Assembly (NCBI GenBank): GCA_963703225.1
Contig: OY969801.1
Coordinates: forward strand, 3,008,001-3,072,000
DNA from: Candidatus Eiseniibacteriota bacterium
Lineage (GTDB): Bacteria; Eisenbacteria; RBG-16-71-46; SZUA-252
Reading direction: 5' to 3'
DNA: 64,000 nt
The position numbers and the translations under genes are program-made. The notes beneath the pieces are model-generated. The model worked only from the letters and a program-made list of their open reading frames with translations, had not been told where the DNA came from and made no database searches. How positions within the stretch are numbered: position 1 is the stretch's first letter; each line of letters starts with the position of its first letter. Shown piece by piece: positions 57,594 through 64,000 of the stretch.

Positions 57594-60578
57594 ATGATAC
57601 GGTTCCAGGCGGATATCTCGCAACGCCAAACCCCACCCCCTCGGGCCCACTACTTGTTATCTCGAGCCGTTGCCTTCGGCCTGATCGCGTCTTTGGGAGC
57701 CGGGGTTGCCGTGTCCCCGGCCCATTCGGCGCCCCGGAAGTCCGCTCCAACGCGTGAAGCCCCATGGGCCAGGGTCGCTGGGCAGGAGGCAACGCCATCG
57801 CGTGGCGCCGCCACACCGCCTGCCGCCGGCGTGAAGACCCAGCCCGCGGTCGCGCCCAAGGTCCCGCCGCGATGGCCCGGCAGCCCAGCCGTCCGACCGC
57901 CGGTCCGGATCATCGGCGCGGGGGTCGTGCGGCGGGCGCCGGGCGCCGAGACGAGTTTTCCCCAAGTGCTCGACTCCTACCCTCGGGATGGCGCGACGCG
58001 GATCTTACCGGGCGCGCTCCTCTACTACGTCTTCGATCAGCCCACGTTGAAGAGCGGAAGCTTCTCGGTCGCGGACCTCGATTCCGCGGGACTCCCGCTC
58101 CTCAACCTGGACACCCCGATCTGGTCCGCCCTGGGCGACACGGTGTACATCAAGCCGAGCGCCCCCATGGAGCGCGGCCACCTGCACGGCATGCTGGTGA
58201 ATACGATCTTCGCGACCGACAGCACCGCTTCGAGCGACGTCGGCGGCATCCGCAATTTCCGGATCATCTCCTGGCCCAAGCTGGAGCGCGTCCCCAGTGA
58301 CGCGGCGTTCTCCTCGGTCACGCTCGTCCCCGGGACTCCGATCCCCGTGACCACGAACGTCCGGGAGCTGAACGGCAACGGCGTCGCCTTCACCTCGGCC
58401 CGGATCGAGTTCTGGGATTCGCCGTCCATGACGCTCAACGGGGGCCCGGGGGCTTTGCCGCTCGCGACGGTCACGGTTCCCATCGCGCAGTCGGTCCCGC
58501 AATCCGGCTCGGCGCGGCTCACCCTCCCGGTGACGCTTCCCGTCTCGCTCGCGCGGTCCGCGGCGAGCGGACGGCTCGGGCTTCGGATCATTTACCAAGG
58601 GTTCGAAGAAACGGGGGCGCCGGTCACCTTCGAATCCAATTCCTCGCTCTCGCTCTCGGCGCCGTCCGACACGCTCCTCTCCATGTCGCCCGCGCTCGTG
58701 ACGCCGGCGATCGCCGCGAACATCGTCGTCCAGGCGGCCTACTTGGAGCTGCCGATCCCCGGCGCGGTTTACGCCGCGGGCGACACCGTGCTCGCGCGCG
58801 GAGTGGTGACCGGGATTGGGACGGGCGGCTTCCGCGCCGTCTTCTACCTCGACGGGAACGCCGTCGCGATGGAAGAGGGCTACATGGAGTCGGGCCGCCC
58901 GGTGGTGGTCGAGCCGCGCGGCCCGATCGTCTCCCGCCGCTTTGGCGAGCACCGCTTCCAGTTCGTCGTCGAGTCGCCCCAGAGCGTCGGGGCTCAGCCG
59001 GTCACGTTTCTCTGCGTGCCGCCGGCGAACGGCGTGATCATGCCCCCGAGCGAGGTGGTCGGCGCCGACAGCGTGGTGACCCCGCCCCCACCCTCGAAGC
59101 TCAAGCTCGACGGCACCTATCTCCTGGTCGGGAAGTCGGAGTACCGCGACGAGGAGGCCGCCGGGATCGCCTGGTCGGCGTGGAACGCGCGCTACGACGT
59201 CACGAAGACCGGGGCACTGGAGGCGAACGTCCTCTGGAGGCTCCGCGCCGACGACCCCGAGAACGGGAGCGCCTCGCCCGAGCAGGTGAAGGCGCGGTAC
59301 TCGATGACGAACGGCTCCGTCGAGTGGGGCGACGTGACACCCAGCATCGCCAAGGATGCGCCGCTCTTTGCCAGCTCGGTCCCCCGCCGAAGCGCGCAGG
59401 CCACGTGGTCGGGGACGCCCGCGGGCACCATCGAAGGCTTCATCGCGCTCGACTCGCACCCTCGCTCGTCGGCCGGGACGATCACGGCGATCCGCTCCGA
59501 CCTCTACGCCGGCCGCGTCTCGCGGAATTTCGCGGGCGAGCGATTCCTCGCGTCGCTCTACGGCGGCTACACGCACGACGATCCGACGCCGGGGAGCGTC
59601 GATTCGGTGGTCACCGCGAGCGCCACCTACGGCGGGATGGGCCGCGTGAGCTTCGCCAACGACTGGACGCTCCTCGGGGACGTGGCCACGGTCCGCCACC
59701 GCGCGATCGAGGGGGTCGACCCGGGCCGGTCGCGGACAGCCGTGCGGGGGGAGCTAAAGGGAGAGGTGGCCGGCTTCGGCGCCAAGGCCGAGGGGTTCCG
59801 CTACCAGCCCGACCTCGCCACCACGCTCAACCCCTACGCCATCTCCGACCGCCGCGGCATGGCCGCCGAGATTTCCCGCGACGTCACCCAGTGGCGCTTC
59901 TTCGCCGCCTATCGAACGGAGGAGCCCGCCGAGGCGGTGGGCCTGGCGCCGGTCATCCACGTCGACCGCTGGTCGTTTGGCGGCAAGCTGACGCTCAACC
60001 AGGCGAGCTTCGTGCTTCCGCAATTCACGAGGATCGAGCACCGGGGCGACAACACCGACTTCAGCATGTCCCGCGTCTCGGGCGACCTCGTGGTCGGCGA
60101 GGCGTTGGGAGGGCAGACGAGAGCCCGGATCGACTTAACCCGCTTCGACGACCCCAAGGGCGTCAACGCCAAGCGCTTCGTGGGCTCGGGCTCCGTGGTC
60201 ACGACCCGCAAGCACACCGAGGGGATCACGAGCACGATCTCCGCCGCGCTCGAGCACGACGAGTCGGAAGATTTGAACCTGACCGACCAGACGATCCAGG
60301 CGGCGCTCGAGATCCGGTGGGAGGCAATCCGGGGTAAGTTTCTGGTCATCCCGCTCCTCACCTATTACGACCGCGACATGGCCACCATCAACCTGGACCA
60401 GCGGCAGGCCACGGGCCGGCTTCAATTCGCGCTTCTTCGTATCCCCAAGCTCGGCGAGAACGCCCTCTCGATCGAGGGACGCATCGACAAATATCAAACC
60501 AGCGGGACCTCGGAGACCAAGAGCACCGAGGGTTCGGTCCAGATCTCGTTCGGCCAGCAGTTCCGCGTCGTGCAGTAG
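57594..60578 (+). CDS. large hypothetical exported protein (Ig-like domains plus probable beta-barrel)
   Basis: Signal peptide, Pro-rich linkers, PQVLDSYPRDGA Big_5-like start, amphipathic C-terminal strands; start uncertain. Confidence 0.7.
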   Translation: MIRFQADISQRQTPPPRAHYLLSRAVAFGLIASLGAGVAVSPAHSAPRKSAPTREAPWARVAGQEATPSRGAATPPAAGVKTQPAVAPKVPPRWPGSPAVRPPVRIIGAGVVRRAPGAETSFPQVLDSYPRDGATRILPGALLYYVFDQPTLKSGSFSVADLDSAGLPLLNLDTPIWSALGDTVYIKPSAPMERGHLHGMLVNTIFATDSTASSDVGGIRNFRIISWPKLERVPSDAAFSSVTLVPGTPIPVTTNVRELNGNGVAFTSARIEFWDSPSMTLNGGPGALPLATVTVPIAQSVPQSGSARLTLPVTLPVSLARSAASGRLGLRIIYQGFEETGAPVTFESNSSLSLSAPSDTLLSMSPALVTPAIAANIVVQAAYLELPIPGAVYAAGDTVLARGVVTGIGTGGFRAVFYLDGNAVAMEEGYMESGRPVVVEPRGPIVSRRFGEHRFQFVVESPQSVGAQPVTFLCVPPANGVIMPPSEVVGADSVVTPPPPSKLKLDGTYLLVGKSEYRDEEAAGIAWSAWNARYDVTKTGALEANVLWRLRADDPENGSASPEQVKARYSMTNGSVEWGDVTPSIAKDAPLFASSVPRRSAQATWSGTPAGTIEGFIALDSHPRSSAGTITAIRSDLYAGRVSRNFAGERFLASLYGGYTHDDPTPGSVDSVVTASATYGGMGRVSFANDWTLLGDVATVRHRAIEGVDPGRSRTAVRGELKGEVAGFGAKAEGFRYQPDLATTLNPYAISDRRGMAAEISRDVTQWRFFAAYRTEEPAEAVGLAPVIHVDRWSFGGKLTLNQASFVLPQFTRIEHRGDNTDFSMSRVSGDLVVGEALGGQTRARIDLTRFDDPKGVNAKRFVGSGSVVTTRKHTEGITSTISAALEHDESEDLNLTDQTIQAALEIRWEAIRGKFLVIPLLTYYDRDMATINLDQRQATGRLQFALLRIPKLGENALSIEGRIDKYQTSGTSETKSTEGSVQISFGQQFRVVQ

Positions 60579-60796
60579 CAGCGTCGAAACTTCGACGCCC
60601 TTCCCTCCCTTCTCTCCACGATCGAAGTTCCCGCGGCGGCTCGCAAACGAAACGGCGACAAGCGCTCGTCCCCACGCTGAATCAAATCGCGCGCGCGCTT
60701 TAGCTGGAACACCTCATGCAAGCGCGTCGATCGCCCTTACTCCTCGGCGCCCACGGAGCGCGGTTTTGGCCGCGCCAATTCAGGGAGGGTGCCGTC

Positions 60797-61501
60797 ATGA
60801 ATCAAGTCCGCTGTTTCGCCATCGTCCTGCCGATCGCCTTCGCGGCTCTTGGGTGCGCGCGTGAGGAGTCGACTCGGATCGTCGATCCTCCGCCTGAGTC
60901 GCGGATCGAGGTCGCCGAAGCCCACTGGGTGACCGACAGGGACGCGCTCGCGGGCGCGGTCCAAAAGGCCGCGGCGAGCCCGCTGGTCCGGCGTGCACTC
61001 ATCGGTGGGCCCAATCCGCGGCTCACGCCGCTCCATCAGCTCGCCGTGCGCGCGGTGGGGGTCCTGCGCGACGGCGCGACGGTCGGCGTCACCATCCTTC
61101 CTTATATGGTCGACGGCGACTCCAGCCACGCGACCTTCATCTCCCTGATCGACGGCGGCGCGGTTCAGATCGCGGACGTCGGCGACCTCATCGCCGGACG
61201 CGAGCCGACCGCGCTGGAGACCGGGTTCATCCCCGTCAACCTCGGCGGCCGGATCGGCTGGGTCAAAGGAGTCACCTCCTACAGCGCGGCTTTGGACGGG
61301 ACGCCCCGGCTCTCGCCGGAGCGGCTCAAGTGGACGAAATTTGTCGAATGCCTGTTGGGCGGGGCGGCCGCCGCGTGCGAGAGCGGGGCGGACATCGCGG
61401 ACACGATCGCCCCAGGAGTCCCGCGAGCCCGGGCGATCGGGTGCGGGGTCGGCGTCGCCGCCCTCGCGGTCGGCTGCGCCGCGCAGCACCTACGCCCGTG
61501 A
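60797..61501 (+). CDS. hypothetical lipoprotein with Cys/Gly/Ala-rich C-terminus
   Basis: ALGC lipobox; SD GGAGG. Confidence 0.75.
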   Translation: MNQVRCFAIVLPIAFAALGCAREESTRIVDPPPESRIEVAEAHWVTDRDALAGAVQKAAASPLVRRALIGGPNPRLTPLHQLAVRAVGVLRDGATVGVTILPYMVDGDSSHATFISLIDGGAVQIADVGDLIAGREPTALETGFIPVNLGGRIGWVKGVTSYSAALDGTPRLSPERLKWTKFVECLLGGAAAACESGADIADTIAPGVPRARAIGCGVGVAALAVGCAAQHLRP

Positions 61502-61902
61502 AGCATCGATGGATCGTGGTCTACGCGGCCTCCCTTCTGGTCGGCCTCGGGGTCTCGCGCCTGGCGCCGGCGCGGTGGGGGTTGGAAACGTCCCACGTTC
61601 TTCTGATCGGCTCCGCGCTCTACTTCGGCGCGCTCCACCGCTTCGTCATGCGCGGGCCGGCGCGGACGGAGGCTGCGCGATGGTCCCGGCAGGACGGCCT
61701 CCTCTTGGGGCTCCTGACGCGGACCGTCGTCTTCCTTGCCCTCGCGGCGCTTCAGGCGATGGCCTGCTTTGAGTGGGCGCCGCACGCCGATCTTCGCGCC
61801 GGCTATGTCATCGCGGCGACGTGGCTCCTCGCGCTCGGATTGATCGACCCGCCGTCCTGGGCGCGAGAAAGGCGCCTTGGCGCGGCAACGTCCATCGACT
61901 AG
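61498..61902 (+). CDS. hypothetical 4-TM membrane protein
   Basis: GTGA overlap with the upstream stop; hydrophobic. Confidence 0.65.
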   Translation: MKHRWIVVYAASLLVGLGVSRLAPARWGLETSHVLLIGSALYFGALHRFVMRGPARTEAARWSRQDGLLLGLLTRTVVFLALAALQAMACFEWAPHADLRAGYVIAATWLLALGLIDPPSWARERRLGAATSID

Positions 61903-61958
61903 AATCCTACGTCCACTGAAACCGGAGGACGCCCGCAGATCACAACGAGGTATCGAGC

Positions 61959-64000
61959 ATGGACGCGAAGCCCCGATTCTTGACGACCAAACTCTGTGTG
62001 TTATTGGCCCTCGCCGGATGCGCCGCGCCCGGCAACGACGGGTCGGCGCCCGGCGGCAAGGGCGTACAGCTCGACCGGACGGTGCTGCCGATCGTGGAGC
62101 CGCAAGTTCCGACGATCACCGAAGTGGATGCCCGGAAGGCCACGCCACCGCCGCGCTTCGAGGTGAAGGCGCCGGAGAATGCGCCCAACGTGGTGATCGT
62201 GCTGATCGATGACATGGGATTCGGCCACCCCTCGACATTCGGCGGCCCGGTCAACATGCCGACCCTGGACCGCATGGCCGCTGAGGGCCTTCGCTACAAC
62301 CGGTTTCACACCACCGCCCTCTGCTCGCCGACGCGGACCGCGCTCTTGACGGGCCGAAACCACCACATCAACAATGCCGGCGCCATCATGGAGCTGGCGA
62401 CGGCGTTCCCAGGCAACACCGGGATCCGCCCGAACAGCGTGGCTCCTCTCGCCGAAATTCTGCGCCTGAATGGCTACAGCACGGCCGCCTTCGGCAAGTA
62501 CCACGAAACGCCGCCGTGGGAAGCGTCGGTGTCAGGGCCGTTCGACCGTTGGCCCACGCATTCCGGGTTCGACAAGTTCTACGGTTTCATCGGCGGCGAG
62601 ACCAACCAGTGGGCGCCCACCGTTTACGACGGCATGTCCCGCGTCGAGATCCCGCGCGACCCCAACTACCATTTCACGACGGACATGACGAACCAGGCCA
62701 TCGCCTGGGTCAATGCCCAGCAGGCGCTGACGCCCGACAAGCCCTTCTACATCTACTTCGCAACGGGAGCGACGCACGCGCCTCACCACGTCCCCAAGGA
62801 GTGGATCGCGAAGTACAAGGGCAAGTTCGACAGGGGGTGGGATGATCTCCGCGAGCGGACGCTGGCGCGGCAGCTCGAGCTGGGCGTGGTGCCGGCGGGA
62901 ACGAAGCTGACGCCGCGCCCGCCCGAGATCCCCGCGTGGGATTCGCTCACGGCCGACCAGAAGCGGCTCTTCGCGAGGCAGATGGAGACGTTCGCGGGCT
63001 TCGGCGAGATGACGGACCACGAGATCGGGCGGCTGGTGCAGTCGCTTCAAGACATGGGCAAGCTGGACAACACGCTCTTCTTCTACATCGTCGGTGACAA
63101 CGGCTCGAGCGCCGAGGGTGGACCGGACGGGACCTACAACGAGACGCTCGCGTTGAACGGAATCGTCAGCGACGTCTCCTCGCAGTTAAAGCATATCGAC
63201 GACTGGGGCGGCCCCTCGACCTTCCCCCATTTCTCGATCGGTTGGGCTCTCGCCGGGGACACCCCGTTCCAGTGGACCAAGCAGGTGGCGTCGCACTTCG
63301 GCGGTACGCGAAACGGGCTCGTCGTTCGCTGGCCCAAGGGGATCCAGGCGAAGGGCGAGCTTCGATCGCAATTCTGCCACGTGATCGACATCGCACCCAC
63401 GGCGCTCGAAGCGGCGGGGTTGCCCGAACCCACGATGGTCGACGGCACCAAGCAGTACCCGATGGACGGCACTTCCATGGTCTACTCCTTCAACGACGCC
63501 AAGGCCAAGGAGCGCCACACGACCCAGTATTTCGAGATGTTCGGGAATCGCGCCATTTACCACGATGGTTGGGTCGCGGCGACGCGCCACTCCATCCCGT
63601 GGTTGATGACCGCCAATCTCCCGAAATTCAGCGAAGACAAGTGGGAGCTTTACAACGTGAACGAGGATTTCAGCGAGGCGAACGACCTCGCGGCGCAGAA
63701 TCCGGGGAAACTCAAGGAATTGCAGGCGCTCTTCACGAAAGAGGCGATCAAGAACCACGTCTATCCGCTCGATGACCGCCGGGCGGAGCGCTTCAATGCG
63801 GAAATCGCGGGCCGGCCGGAGCTGATCGGTAAGCGGACGTCCATGACCCTGCACGAAGGGATGACCGGAATCGCCGAGGACGCGTTCATCAACACCAAGG
63901 GCAAATCCTTCTCGGTCTCGGCCGATGTCGATGTGCCGAAGGCCGGCGGAGAAGGAGTGATCATCGCCCAGGCCGGGCGCTTCGGGGGCTGGAGCCTCTA
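61959..64000 (+). CDS. arylsulfatase lipoprotein, 3'-partial
   Basis: LAGC lipobox, APNVVIVLIDDMGFG, ALCSPTRTALLTGRNHH; no stop seen before the window end. Confidence 0.92.
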   Translation, partial: MDAKPRFLTTKLCVLLALAGCAAPGNDGSAPGGKGVQLDRTVLPIVEPQVPTITEVDARKATPPPRFEVKAPENAPNVVIVLIDDMGFGHPSTFGGPVNMPTLDRMAAEGLRYNRFHTTALCSPTRTALLTGRNHHINNAGAIMELATAFPGNTGIRPNSVAPLAEILRLNGYSTAAFGKYHETPPWEASVSGPFDRWPTHSGFDKFYGFIGGETNQWAPTVYDGMSRVEIPRDPNYHFTTDMTNQAIAWVNAQQALTPDKPFYIYFATGATHAPHHVPKEWIAKYKGKFDRGWDDLRERTLARQLELGVVPAGTKLTPRPPEIPAWDSLTADQKRLFARQMETFAGFGEMTDHEIGRLVQSLQDMGKLDNTLFFYIVGDNGSSAEGGPDGTYNETLALNGIVSDVSSQLKHIDDWGGPSTFPHFSIGWALAGDTPFQWTKQVASHFGGTRNGLVVRWPKGIQAKGELRSQFCHVIDIAPTALEAAGLPEPTMVDGTKQYPMDGTSMVYSFNDAKAKERHTTQYFEMFGNRAIYHDGWVAATRHSIPWLMTANLPKFSEDKWELYNVNEDFSEANDLAAQNPGKLKELQALFTKEAIKNHVYPLDDRRAERFNAEIAGRPELIGKRTSMTLHEGMTGIAEDAFINTKGKSFSVSADVDVPKAGGEGVIIAQAGRFGGWSL

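Overview
GC-rich bacterial chromosome segment. Gene content, FlgD-Ig-tailed secreted proteases and a Fibrobacter-type LexA box point to an FCB-related lineage such as Ca. Eisenbacteria (inference). Layout: tilS-ftsH-folP-cdaA; a CGNR zinc-finger regulator module; a GT2 and a catalytically dead M16 peptidase; two cold-shock loci with long structured leaders; a 936-bp non-autonomous IS1380-derived cassette with TTAA duplication carrying a DHFR-family gene; a LexA-headed operon (lexA, small ORF, dinB, DUF72, MrfA-like helicase, MrfB-like exonuclease); a 17-kb run of co-oriented small accessory genes; then proteases, a cyclase-KS pair, asd, a large outer-membrane protein and a partial sulfatase. 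The strongest observation is a stand-alone MerB-like organomercurial lyase with an in-frame UGA at the second catalytic Cys position, followed by a canonical bacterial SECIS hairpin, i.e. a probable selenoenzyme. Several +1 frameshifts may be assembly errors. All family calls come from motif recognition, not database searches.
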